From an uncultured Acidobacteriota bacterium (lineage in GTDB: Bacteria > Actinomycetota > Acidimicrobiia > Spongiisociales > ZC4RG35): a DNA stretch of 64,000 nucleotides. A model generated the notes under the pieces. That model was given only the letters and a program-made list of their open reading frames with translations. It was not told where the DNA came from and searched no databases. Of the stretch, positions 1 to 9,602 are shown piece after piece. Each line of letters begins with the position of its first letter. Position 1 is the stretch's first letter. Both the position numbers and the translations under genes were made by a program. The stretch spans positions 32,001-96,000 of the forward strand of contig CAWHEU010000013.1 of the NCBI GenBank assembly GCA_963828465.1, given 5' to 3'.

Positions 1-503
<503 letters not shown>

Positions 504-507
<4 letters not shown>

Positions 508-1022
508 CGCCGTCCGACGACCGCCAGGTCGTCGAGATCCAGATCGGGCGCCCGATACGCGCCGAATCGAGCCCGGTCTCACGCTGCCATCTCGGTCTCC
601 CCGTCGTCGTCCGGGTTCCCCCGATCCTCGATGACGGGACGCCGTTCCCCACCCTCTACTGGCTGACCTGCCCGCTGGCCGTGGGGCGGGTGGCGCGGCT
701 CGAGGGGGCCGGCGGGATAAAGCGTCTCGAGCGCAAGGCCGAAGTCGACCCGGATTTCGGAACCCGGCTCGCCGAGGCCCACGAGTCGTATGAGGGTGAG
801 CGAACAACGTTGCTTCCAGGGGATGCCTCCAACCAGCCATCGGGAGGGGTCGGTGGGACCCGAACCGGGATCAAGTGCCTCCACGCCCACTACGCCCACA
901 CCCGGGCCGGTGGTGACAACCCTGTCGGCGAGCTGGTGCAGGATTGGATCGAGCCCTTGGATTGCACCGTGCCTTGTGTGCTGGAAGGGGAGATGAACCC
1001 GGATTGGGTTGCCCGCCCGTGA
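504..1022 (+). CDS. DUF501 family protein (Rv1025-like)
   Basis: GTPFPTLYWLTCP and IKCLHAHYAH motifs; conserved position between divIC and ppx. Confidence 0.9.
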
Positions 1023-1894
1023 GGGTGGGGGTGGTCGACATCGGCACCAACTCGATGCGGTTGCTGGTGACGGATGGGACCGAGGAGGTCGGTCGGTGGG
1101 TCGAGGTCACCGGTTTAGGCCGGGGAGTCGATCGCACCGGCACCCTCTCCCCGGATCGAATCGAGGAATCGGTGGCCGCTCTGGCTCGCTTCGGGGTGGA
1201 GATGGAGAGGGCGGAGGTTGGAAAACGGGCCGCCATCGCCACTTCGGCCTCCCGGGACGCGGCCAACCGCGAGGAGTTCTTCGACCTGGCCGAGTCAGCC
1301 CTCGGAGTGAGGCCGAGACTGATCACAGGCTCGGAGGAGGCTCGTCTCGCCTTCGCCGGCGCCACCTCTCAGGTGAAGGTCCCTTCGCCCATCGTCGTGT
1401 CTGACATCGGCGGGGGCAGCACAGAGTTCGTGACCGCCGAAGGAGAGATGTCGTTCGAGGTCGGGTCTGTTCGCCTCACCGAGCGATCGATCCCCACGCG
1501 CCCCGCGCCTTCGACCGAGATGGAAGCGGCCCGAGCACTCGTCGCCGGTCTCTTTTCAGAGGTCGACCTGCAGGCAGGGACCTTGATCGGGGTTGCCGGG
1601 ACGTGGACCAGTCTCGGCGCCGTTGCCCAGAACCTCCCCGAGTACTCGAGGGATCAGGTACATGGTCACCGGATGAGTCGTGACGCGCTGGCAGGCACGA
1701 TCGACTCGCTGGCTTCGATGACGGTCGAGGAGACCGCGGCCATCGCTGCACTCGACCCCAAGCGGGCCCCGGTGATTCTCGGGGGTGCCCTGGTGGCGGA
1801 AGCGGTGATGGACATCCTGGACGTCGACGAGGTGATGGTTTCGGAGCACGACACCCTCGACGGCGTCGCAATGGAGTTGCTGGCTATAGCCTGA
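1019..1894 (+). CDS. ppx: Ppx/GppA family exopolyphosphatase
   Basis: VVDIGTNSMRLL, ATSASRDAANR, DIGGGSTE motifs; GTG start at 1019 overlaps upstream stop. Confidence 0.92.
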   Translation: MRVGVVDIGTNSMRLLVTDGTEEVGRWVEVTGLGRGVDRTGTLSPDRIEESVAALARFGVEMERAEVGKRAAIATSASRDAANREEFFDLAESALGVRPRLITGSEEARLAFAGATSQVKVPSPIVVSDIGGGSTEFVTAEGEMSFEVGSVRLTERSIPTRPAPSTEMEAARALVAGLFSEVDLQAGTLIGVAGTWTSLGAVAQNLPEYSRDQVHGHRMSRDALAGTIDSLASMTVEETAAIAALDPKRAPVILGGALVAEAVMDILDVDEVMVSEHDTLDGVAMELLAIA

Positions 1895-1905
1895 TGGCTG
1901 GCCCG

Positions 1906-1990
1906 GCCCGGGTGGCGGAATGCAGACGCGAGGGGCTTAAACCCCCTTGAGCCGAATCGGCTCGTGTGGGTTCGAATCCCACCCCGGGCA
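1906..1990 (+). tRNA. tRNA-Leu (anticodon TAA)
   Basis: GCCCGGG...CCCGGGC-A acceptor stem, GGCGGAATGCAGAC D-arm, AGGGG-CTTAAAC-CCCCT anticodon arm, long variable arm, GGTTCGAATCC T-arm; CCA not encoded. Confidence 0.95.
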
Positions 1991-2027
1991 CTACCGGGCC
2001 AAGTCGACTACCCAAGAGATGAGCGCG

Positions 2028-2390
2028 ATGCGTAATCCCGAAGTAGATGCCTGGTTCGAGGCGAAGCAGCACCCGATGGAGGAGGCGATGCAGGCGGTGA
2101 GGAAGGTGACTCTCGATGCCGATCCCCGCATCACTGAGTCGATCAAGTGGTCGACCCCGACCTACTCCTACCAGGGCAACATCTACAGCTTCAACTCGGC
2201 GAAGAAATTCATCAGCTTGCTATTTCACACCGGGGCACAGATCCCGGGGGACCATCCGGCTCTGGAAGGTGACACCGAGACGGCGAGAGTGATGCGGTTC
2301 GCCGATGCCGGGGACGTGGAGCGCCGGGCCGGCGAACTCGTCGAAGTCCTCAGATCATGGTGCGAGTGGAAGGATGAAGGCGCCAGCTGA
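2028..2390 (+). CDS. DUF1801 (YdhG-like) domain protein
   Basis: EVDAWFE...ITESIKWSTPTYSY...LLFHTGAQIP pattern; start could be 2019 or 2028. Confidence 0.8.
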   Translation: MRNPEVDAWFEAKQHPMEEAMQAVRKVTLDADPRITESIKWSTPTYSYQGNIYSFNSAKKFISLLFHTGAQIPGDHPALEGDTETARVMRFADAGDVERRAGELVEVLRSWCEWKDEGAS

Positions 2391-2445
2391 CTTGGCGTCG
2401 TGCGCCCATCTGCCTGAGTTCCTGAGTCGACAGTAGTTCGCGTCC

Positions 2446-2569
2446 AAAAGGTCGTGGGACCCGGGCCGGTGGGTGGGGGAGGGGAGAGGAACCGGGCCCG
2501 GGCCCCACGAAGCGCGTTGAAGATCTACGTCCTTGAGATTCTCCTTTCCCACATAGATCAACCCCGTGG
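2446..2569 (-). ncRNA. Candidate small RNA: two hairpins, C-rich loop, U-tract end
   Basis: Minus-strand TACAAT (+ ATTGTA 2576-2581); stem GATCTATGT/ACGTAGATC (2522-2559) with a G-U pair on the minus strand; long GC stem 2452-2510 with C-rich loop; then CCTTTT. Confidence 0.55.
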
Positions 2570-2626
2570 CTCTGAATTGTAGGCAGACACCGGGTACTGA
2601 CCCCAGGCGAGCCGCGGTAGCGTTCC

Positions 2627-5356
2627 GTGGTGGCCGAATACCCATCCGAGTACGAACTCGATGTAGCGCTCAGGGACGGCGGCGGAGCGCGGATCCGGCC
2701 GATCAAGGCTGGTGACGGGCCTCTCCTGGTCGAATTCTTCGAGCGACTCGGCCCGGAATCCCGGTACTTCCGGTTCTTCAGGATCAAGGAGACCCTCGAG
2801 CCGAAGGAAGTCGAGTTCTTCACGAATGTCGATTACTCGGATCGGATGGCACTGATAGCGGTCCTGGACGGCAGGATGATCGGTCTGGCCAGCTACGACC
2901 GCGAGCCGGACAAGGACGGGACCGCTGAGGTGGCTTTCGCCGTGGCCGACGAGCACCAGGGTCGGGGCCTCGGGACCCAGCTCCTGCAACTCCTGACCAA
3001 CCACGCCCGCTCCCATGGGGTCCAACATTTCGAGGCTTTCGTGCTCCCCGAGAACCGGCAGATGATGCGATTGTTCCGTAACTCGGGTTACGAGTTGACC
3101 CGCACCATCGACGAGGGTGTGTTCACGGTCGACTTCCCGGTGGCGGAGAGCGAGGGCATGCTCCAGGCAGAATGGGAGCGGGAAAAGCGCGCGGTCGCCG
3201 CCTCGATCCTCCCGTTGTTCTTCCCCCGGTCGATAGCAGTGATCGGTGCCTCCAGCGACCCGGCATCGATCGGCGGCCGCCTGTTCCGAAACATCCTCAA
3301 CGGTGGCTTCACCGGACCTCTGTACCCGGTCAACCCCAAGGCCAAGGTGATCGGGTCGGTGCGCGCTTACCCGACGATCGGCGAGGTGCCAGACGAGGTC
3401 GATCTCGCCTACATCGTCGTCCCTCAGGCGTATGTCATCGACGTCGCCCGGCAGTGCGCCGCGTCCGGGGTGCGGGGCATCGTGGTGATCTCGGCCGGGT
3501 TCTCCGAGACCGGTGACGAGGGATCGAAGCTCGAGGCCGAGCTTCTCGGGATCGTGCGGGATTCGGGGATGCGGATGGTGGGCCCCAACTGCATGGGACT
3601 GCTCAACACGGCCCCCTCGGTCCAGCTCCATGGAACGTTCGCACCGGTCTACCCACCACCAGGAAATGTGGCCATGTCCAGCCAGTCCGGGGCCCTCGGC
3701 ATCGCCATCCTCGACTACGCCACCCGCAACAACATCGGGATCTCGCAATTCGTGTCCGTGGGGAACAAGGCGGACGTGAGCGGCAACGACCTGATTCTCT
3801 CCTGGGAGGACGACCCGCAGACCGATGTGATCACCTTGTACCTGGAGTCGTTCGGCAATCCGAGGAAGTTCTCGAGGATCGCCAGGCGGATCGGGCGTCG
3901 GAAACCGATCATCGCGGTCAAGTCGGGCCGTTCCGAGTCCGGGAGTCGTGCAGCGTCCTCCCACACCGGTGCCCTCGCCTCGTCGGATGTGGCCGTGCAG
4001 GCCTTGTTCCGCCAGGCCGGCGTCATCCGGGTCGACACGATCGAGGAACTGTTCGCCGCCGCCAACCTCCTCGCCCGCCAGCCGATTCCTGCGGGTGGGC
4101 GGGTCGGGATCGTCACCAACGCCGGTGGGCCCGGGATCCTCGCGGCCGACGCGCTCGAGGCGAACGGGCTGACGCTCCCCGAGCTCTCGGGCCCGCTTCA
4201 GGAGCAAATAGGCTCCAGGCTCGCGGCCGAGGCCTCGACCAGGAACCCGGTCGATCTGATCGCATCGGGAGGGCCCACTGAGTTCGAACACGCCAGTTCA
4301 CTGTTGCTCGAATCGGGGGAGGTGGACGCGGTGATGGTCATCTATGTGCCGGTCACACCGGAGGGTGCGCAAGACGTGGCGGCGGCAATATCACGCTCCC
4401 AGTTGGCTCACGAGGGCGATGTCACGATGCTCTCCGTGTTCATGCAGACCGGCGAGGCGGCGCACTTTCTGGGCGGTTCAGACGGTGGCAGGGCGGTCCC
4501 GACTTATCTTTTCCCGGAGTCCGCCGCCCTGGCACTTGCCCGGGCGGTTCGCCACGGGGAATGGCGTCGGCGTGATCCTGGGGTCGAGGCGAGGCTCGAA
4601 CCCGAGGCGGAAACAGAAATTCGGACCTTGGTCGACGAGGCTCTGAAATCGGTGCCCGCCGAGGGTGGGTGGCTCGACCCGGGCATCGTGGACGCGATTC
4701 TCGAGAAGGCCGGCTTCCGCGTCCCCGTTTCGAAGGTGGTGGGATCAGAAGACGATGCGATCGAGGCCGCGGCGGGGCTCGATGGACCCGTGGTCTTGAA
4801 GGTCATCTCGGAATCGGCGCTGCACAAGTCCGATGTCGGTGGCGTGGTCCTGGGTGTCCAAGGCGACGACGAGGTGAAGCGGGCCTACCAACAGGTGACG
4901 GCGGCAGTCGACGATTTCGAGGGCGTCCTAGTCCAGGAGTTTGTGTCAGGCGGACACGAGGTCCTGATCGGGATGACCCAGGACCCAAATTTTGGCCCTC
5001 TGGTCGTCTTCGGGCTGGGCGGGATCTATGTGGAGCTCCTTCAGGATGTCGCCTTCCGAATCCATCCGCTGACTGATGTCGACACTGCCGAGATGATGCG
5101 GGAGACCAAGGGGTTCCGGCTTCTCGAGGGGTATCGGAACCAGCCGCAGGGTGATGTGCCGTCCCTGGAGTCCGCACTGATGCGGGTGTCGGGCTTGATC
5201 AGCGCCGTGCCCGAGCTGCTGGAGATGGACCTGAACCCGGTCAAGGTCCTCCAGCCGGGGCAGGGTGTGGTGGTGGTGGACGCTCGAATGAAGATACGAC
5301 GTGTCGAGCCGGCGAGGCACCCCCGGATGCGGGACCTCCCCGGCGTCACGTCATGA
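2627..5356 (+). CDS. GNAT acetyltransferase fused to ADP-forming acyl-CoA ligase domains (PatA-like)
   Basis: N-terminal GNAT (AEVAFAVADEHQGRGLGT), CoA-binding (AVIGAS, GPNCMG), SHTGALA, C-terminal ATP-grasp (HKSDVGGV, EMDLNP). Confidence 0.9.
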   Translation: MVAEYPSEYELDVALRDGGGARIRPIKAGDGPLLVEFFERLGPESRYFRFFRIKETLEPKEVEFFTNVDYSDRMALIAVLDGRMIGLASYDREPDKDGTAEVAFAVADEHQGRGLGTQLLQLLTNHARSHGVQHFEAFVLPENRQMMRLFRNSGYELTRTIDEGVFTVDFPVAESEGMLQAEWEREKRAVAASILPLFFPRSIAVIGASSDPASIGGRLFRNILNGGFTGPLYPVNPKAKVIGSVRAYPTIGEVPDEVDLAYIVVPQAYVIDVARQCAASGVRGIVVISAGFSETGDEGSKLEAELLGIVRDSGMRMVGPNCMGLLNTAPSVQLHGTFAPVYPPPGNVAMSSQSGALGIAILDYATRNNIGISQFVSVGNKADVSGNDLILSWEDDPQTDVITLYLESFGNPRKFSRIARRIGRRKPIIAVKSGRSESGSRAASSHTGALASSDVAVQALFRQAGVIRVDTIEELFAAANLLARQPIPAGGRVGIVTNAGGPGILAADALEANGLTLPELSGPLQEQIGSRLAAEASTRNPVDLIASGGPTEFEHASSLLLESGEVDAVMVIYVPVTPEGAQDVAAAISRSQLAHEGDVTMLSVFMQTGEAAHFLGGSDGGRAVPTYLFPESAALALARAVRHGEWRRRDPGVEARLEPEAETEIRTLVDEALKSVPAEGGWLDPGIVDAILEKAGFRVPVSKVVGSEDDAIEAAAGLDGPVVLKVISESALHKSDVGGVVLGVQGDDEVKRAYQQVTAAVDDFEGVLVQEFVSGGHEVLIGMTQDPNFGPLVVFGLGGIYVELLQDVAFRIHPLTDVDTAEMMRETKGFRLLEGYRNQPQGDVPSLESALMRVSGLISAVPELLEMDLNPVKVLQPGQGVVVVDARMKIRRVEPARHPRMRDLPGVTS

Positions 5357-5366
5357 GGGAGGCGAG

Positions 5367-5960
5367 TTGACGTTCTTGAACACTGTGACCGAGGATGAGG
5401 CCACCGCCGAGGTGGCGGCGATGTATGCCGCCGACATCGAGCGAGTGGGGTATTTGCACAACTACATCCGCACGTTCTCCCTACATCCTGCCGCCTATCA
5501 GGCCTGGCGCGGTCTAGTCGGCGCCATCGCGAAGCCGATGGATGAGCGTCGCTTCGAGCTGGCGACCTTCAGCGCCGCCAACCGACTCCGGTCCTCCTAT
5601 TGCTCGTTGGCGCATGGCCAGGTCCTGGTCGACAAGTTCCTCGAGCCTTCGGTGGTGCAGGACCTCGTCGAGGATCCGGGCTCAGCCGGTTTGGACGACG
5701 CCGACACCCTGATCGTGCAGTTCGCCGCCAAGGTCGCAGAAGACGCCAGCACCATCACCGAGGCAGACATCGATCGTCTTCGAGATGCCGGTCTCAGTGA
5801 CCGGGACGTCCTCGACGTCGTCCTCGCCGCCGCTGCTCGCTGCTTCTTCTCCAAGGTCCTCGACGCCACCGGGACCCTGGCCGATTCGGTCTACAACGAG
5901 ATGGACCCCGAGTTCCGGGAGGCGCTGACGGTGGGTCGGCCCATCGCCAAAGATTTCTGA
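5367..5960 (+). CDS. Carboxymuconolactone decarboxylase/AhpD-like peroxidase-related protein
   Basis: SSYCSLAHG motif, ITEADIDRLRDAGLSD; TTG start after GAGGGAGG RBS. Confidence 0.8.
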   Translation: MTFLNTVTEDEATAEVAAMYAADIERVGYLHNYIRTFSLHPAAYQAWRGLVGAIAKPMDERRFELATFSAANRLRSSYCSLAHGQVLVDKFLEPSVVQDLVEDPGSAGLDDADTLIVQFAAKVAEDASTITEADIDRLRDAGLSDRDVLDVVLAAAARCFFSKVLDATGTLADSVYNEMDPEFREALTVGRPIAKDF

Positions 5961-5996
5961 GATTTCTTTGCGAATGGCCTGCTCCTGACCTGTTTC

Positions 5997-6018
5997 TGTC
6001 ACTCCCGGTTCGTACGTT
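5997..6018 (+). promoter_or_regulatory. PafBC/RecA-NDp-like promoter of the HNH gene
   Basis: TGTCAC-N10-TACGTT, ending 6 nt before ATG 6025. Confidence 0.6.
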
Positions 6019-6024
6019 GGGGTG

Positions 6025-7167
6025 ATGGAGAGGGAGAGTTTCACGAACGATGAGGCCGATGGGGTCTTGTCTCATCTGTTCTCTGGTCTGGCCGTTTTCT
6101 ACGCCGAGATTTGTGAGTGGTTGATCGATGCTGATCGGGGTCAACGGTTCCTGGCGGATGGTGCTCGCAATCTTCCGGAGTGGGTTTCGGCCCGATTTGG
6201 GCTGAGGCATTCGACTGCGGCGCAGTTGGTTCGGGTGGCGCGGCGGTTGCAGGATCTGCCTGTCTTGCGTTCCCGGTTTGCGGCTGGTGAGTTGTCGTTG
6301 GATCAGGTGGATGCGATTTCGAAACTGGCGACTGCGGAGACCGAGGAAGCGGTGATTGCCGAGTGTTCGGGTTTGTCGAATGCGGCCTTGGATCGTGCCG
6401 CCCGCCGGGCCAACCCGCCGTCTACTGAGGATGCGGTCGATTCGTGGCGGGTGCGTTGGTTGTCGATCCAATACACCCTGGACGGGATCAGAGGCAATCT
6501 TCACGCCGATCTGCCCGGTCCCGACCTGGCTCAGGTGGAATCAGCGATCCGAGAGAAAGCGGACGAAATACCGGTGAATCCAGAGTCGGGGATGTTCGAT
6601 CCGTATCCACAGCGGATGGCCGACGGATTAGTCGAACTCTGTTCCACCACCGGGGATGAGAACGGTTCGTCTCCAACTCAAATCGTGGTTCATGCTGATC
6701 TCGACGCGCTGATCGAGAACTCTGAGACCGGAGTGGCCGAGATCGAGGGTGGTCCGGTCATCGCCAATGAGACGGCCCGCCGTCTCTCCTGTGATCCGAT
6801 CCTCCAATGTGCTGTCTATGACCACAGGAAGGTGCTCGGGATCGGTCGGAGATCGAGGCTGATCCCGGCCTGGTTACGTCACCAGCTCTGGCATCGGGAC
6901 GGGAACTGTCGGTGGCCGGGATGTCCGTTCAAAGGTTGGCTCCACGCCCACCACAAGACCCATTGGGCCGATGGCGGACCCACCGATCTGGACAATCTGA
7001 TCCTCTTATGTGGCTACCACCACCGGTTCTTACATGAACACGGATGGACGATCGAAGACGACGGATACGGGAAACACGTATTTCGGAAACCCGATGGACA
7101 GGTCTACCCACCAATCCGACCCGTACTCGACCCCCGACTCCGAGAACTCGTCGGGCAGCGAACCTAG
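6025..7167 (+). CDS. DUF222 (13E12 repeat family) + HNH endonuclease, probably a multicopy element
   Basis: ETARRLSCD, RDGNCRWPGC, HAHHKTHWADGGPTDLDNLILLCGYHH HNH signature; atypical composition. Confidence 0.92.
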   Translation: MERESFTNDEADGVLSHLFSGLAVFYAEICEWLIDADRGQRFLADGARNLPEWVSARFGLRHSTAAQLVRVARRLQDLPVLRSRFAAGELSLDQVDAISKLATAETEEAVIAECSGLSNAALDRAARRANPPSTEDAVDSWRVRWLSIQYTLDGIRGNLHADLPGPDLAQVESAIREKADEIPVNPESGMFDPYPQRMADGLVELCSTTGDENGSSPTQIVVHADLDALIENSETGVAEIEGGPVIANETARRLSCDPILQCAVYDHRKVLGIGRRSRLIPAWLRHQLWHRDGNCRWPGCPFKGWLHAHHKTHWADGGPTDLDNLILLCGYHHRFLHEHGWTIEDDGYGKHVFRKPDGQVYPPIRPVLDPRLRELVGQRT

Positions 7168-7218
7168 GGCCCACCGCCCCCACCATCTCGCCCCAAAGCC
7201 CCCAACTACCCTCGCTGA

Positions 7219-7989
7219 ATGGAATTCGTCGAAGTCACCAGTGGACGACGCCGGTCGCCGTCGTCAGCCTCGAATCGCCCTCCGGTCAACGCCATGACCG
7301 AGGATTTCGCCCGCGAGCTGGGGGACGCTTTCTCCGAATGCGCCGACCCCGCCATCCGTGCGGTAGTGGTGACGGGGCAGCCCCATTTCGCCGCCGGAGC
7401 CGACATCAAGGGCTTCCAGGCGACTTTCGATGCCGGAGTGGAGGAGCGCAGTGCGTGGACTCTGCAGGAGGCCATCGGGATCCTCGAGTCTTTGGAGAAG
7501 CCGACCATCGCCGCCGTTCACGGGTACGCGTTGGGCGGAGGTCTCGAGCTGGCGATGGGAGCCGACTTCCGTTTTCTCGCCGACGATGCGCGGGTAGGGC
7601 AGCCGGAGATCCTGCTCGGTCTCATCCCTGGCGCCGGCGGAACTCAGCGTCTGGCCCGGATCGTCGGGTATCAGCGAGCCAAGGAGATGGTCCTGACCGG
7701 GCGACAGGTCGACTCCGAAGAGGCGCTGCAGATCGGCCTCGCCGACCAGGTGTTTCCCTCCGCAGAGTTGCTCGACGCCACTCTCGAGGCGGCTCGGGAG
7801 TGGGCGACAAAGGCAACCCGGGCCATCGCCGCCGCCAAGAAAGCTCTCAACGCCGGGTTCGGTTTGCCCGTGAGCGAAGGGCTATTCATCGAGCGGGATG
7901 CCTTCAACGAGTCATTCGGGACGGAGGATGCCCGCGAGGGCGTCGCCGCCTTCATCGCCAAGCGTGAGGCGGATTTCAAGGGCCGCTGA
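7219..7989 (+). CDS. Enoyl-CoA hydratase/isomerase
   Basis: NRPPVNA, FAAGADI, ALGGGLELA, GQPEILLGLIPGAGGTQRL; N-terminus apparently distorted by three compensating insertions. Confidence 0.92.
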   Translation: MEFVEVTSGRRRSPSSASNRPPVNAMTEDFARELGDAFSECADPAIRAVVVTGQPHFAAGADIKGFQATFDAGVEERSAWTLQEAIGILESLEKPTIAAVHGYALGGGLELAMGADFRFLADDARVGQPEILLGLIPGAGGTQRLARIVGYQRAKEMVLTGRQVDSEEALQIGLADQVFPSAELLDATLEAAREWATKATRAIAAAKKALNAGFGLPVSEGLFIERDAFNESFGTEDAREGVAAFIAKREADFKGR

Positions 7990-8422
7990 GCTCCACCCGT
8001 TCCTTCAGCCGCATCACACTCTTCCGCCAGATCCGCCCGAAAATCGGTCGGGCCACCGCCAGTCCCACCGGTCCACCCATCCACCAGGGGAAGCGGAGGT
8101 CCTCCACCCAACGCATCTCGGTGCCGTCACCACTCGGTCCGATGTCGAATCTCCCATATCCCTTCACCGCTCCGACGTGTTCGACGACGATCGTTTGCTC
8201 CTCCTCCCATCTGACGACCTCCATGACATCCGTCGCCCGGAGTGGACCGACGCGGGTGGCGACCTCGATCCGGGTACCGAGCCCGGTGGTCCGGTCGGTG
8301 AGGAACCGTACGGTTGCCGCATCGCCCATCCACTGCGGGTGAGAGGCGAAATCGGCCAGCTCGGCCCAGACCCGTGCCAGCGGGGCGTCGATGAGGACGC
8401 TGACTTCGATCGGCCGGGTCAT
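7976..8422 (-). CDS. SRPBCC (polyketide cyclase/START-like) family protein
   Basis: IEVSVLIDAPLARVWAELAD...HPQWM pattern. Confidence 0.8.
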   Translation of the reverse strand: MTRPIEVSVLIDAPLARVWAELADFASHPQWMGDAATVRFLTDRTTGLGTRIEVATRVGPLRATDVMEVVRWEEEQTIVVEHVGAVKGYGRFDIGPSGDGTEMRWVEDLRFPWWMGGPVGLAVARPIFGRIWRKSVMRLKERVELSGP

Positions 8423-8468
8423 CCGTGAATCGTGACATCCCCCTCATCCTGCGACAATTGGGGGCGAC

Positions 8469-9602
8469 ATGATCTATCTCGACCATGCCGCCACCACCCC
8501 GATGCGTCCCGGAGTCTGGGAGGCGATGCGCCCCTACGCGGACGACGTGTTCGGCAATTCGTCTGGCGTCCACGAGGTGTCCAGACGCGCCAAGAACGCC
8601 CTGGAGGAGGCGAGGGAGAGGATCGCGGTCGCCATCGGAGCCGGGCCGCGCGAGATCGTTTTCACATCCGGTGGCACCGAGTCTGACAACCTCGCCATAA
8701 AGGGCGCCTCGCTGAGCAGCATCCCGCGGCGAGGGGTGGTCACCGTCGCCACCGAGCACGAAGCGGTTCTCGAAACCACCGACTTCCTGCGACGTCTCGG
8801 TGTCCCGACGAACGTGGTCGGCGTCGACCGGGATGGTCAGGTCGATCTTCATTCACTCGTCGACACTGTCGATGCCAACACCGCAGTCGTCTCGGTGATG
8901 TACCTCAACAACGAGACCGGAGCGATCCAGGACATCGCGGGGATTGCCTCAGCGATCGAGGAGCACGAGCCCGACGTCCTGGTCCACAGCGATGCGGTGC
9001 AGGCCTTCTCCTCCGCCGAGATCGATGTCGACGACCTGGGTGTGGACCTCCTCACCATCACCGCTCACAAATTCGGTGGTCCCAAGGGTGCCGGCCTGCT
9101 CTACGTTCGGGAGGGGACCGCGCTCGAACCGGTTCTGCACGGTGGCGGCCAGGAGTTGGGGCGTCGCTCGGGTACCCATGATGTGGCTTCTGCCGTCGGC
9201 CTCGCCGCCGCGATGGAAGCTGCCCTCGCCGACCGATCGCGGTTTCGCAGCCAGGTCGCCCAGATCAGGGACGACTTCGAGAAGCGAGTCCTGGCCGCCG
9301 TACCGGATGCCGTTGTGAACACTCCCGAGACGGCGCGCTCCTCAAACCACCTCAATGTCAGATTTCCCGGGGTGCGAAACGAGACCCTCCTGATGCGTCT
9401 CGATCGGGCCGGGGTGGCGGCCTCGGCAGGCTCAGCGTGTCAGTCGGGGGCGTCGGAGGTGTCCCATGTCCTCGAGGCGATGGGGCTGAGCCCGGGCGAG
9501 GCGCGGGAGAGCGTTCGATTCAGCTTCGGCTGGAACAGCACGGCCGACGAGGCCATGGATGCCGCCACGATCGTCATCGACCTGATCGAAGAGTTGCGAT
9601 GA
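8469..9602 (+). CDS. iscS: Cysteine desulfurase (IscS/NifS family)
   Basis: IYLDHAATTP, FTSGGTESDN, AHKFGGPKG, SAGSAC; upstream of mnmA. Confidence 0.93.
   Translation: MIYLDHAATTPMRPGVWEAMRPYADDVFGNSSGVHEVSRRAKNALEEARERIAVAIGAGPREIVFTSGGTESDNLAIKGASLSSIPRRGVVTVATEHEAVLETTDFLRRLGVPTNVVGVDRDGQVDLHSLVDTVDANTAVVSVMYLNNETGAIQDIAGIASAIEEHEPDVLVHSDAVQAFSSAEIDVDDLGVDLLTITAHKFGGPKGAGLLYVREGTALEPVLHGGGQELGRRSGTHDVASAVGLAAAMEAALADRSRFRSQVAQIRDDFEKRVLAAVPDAVVNTPETARSSNHLNVRFPGVRNETLLMRLDRAGVAASAGSACQSGASEVSHVLEAMGLSPGEARESVRFSFGWNSTADEAMDAATIVIDLIEELR

Noticed and set aside
1990-2400. Genomic island or prophage integrated at tRNA-Leu
   Set aside because: No integrase and no duplicated tRNA 3' end noticed; downstream genes look native
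2471-2490. Plus-strand G-quadruplex
   Set aside because: The G-tract is better explained as the complement of the C-rich loop; -10, G-U pairing and U-tract all favour the minus strand
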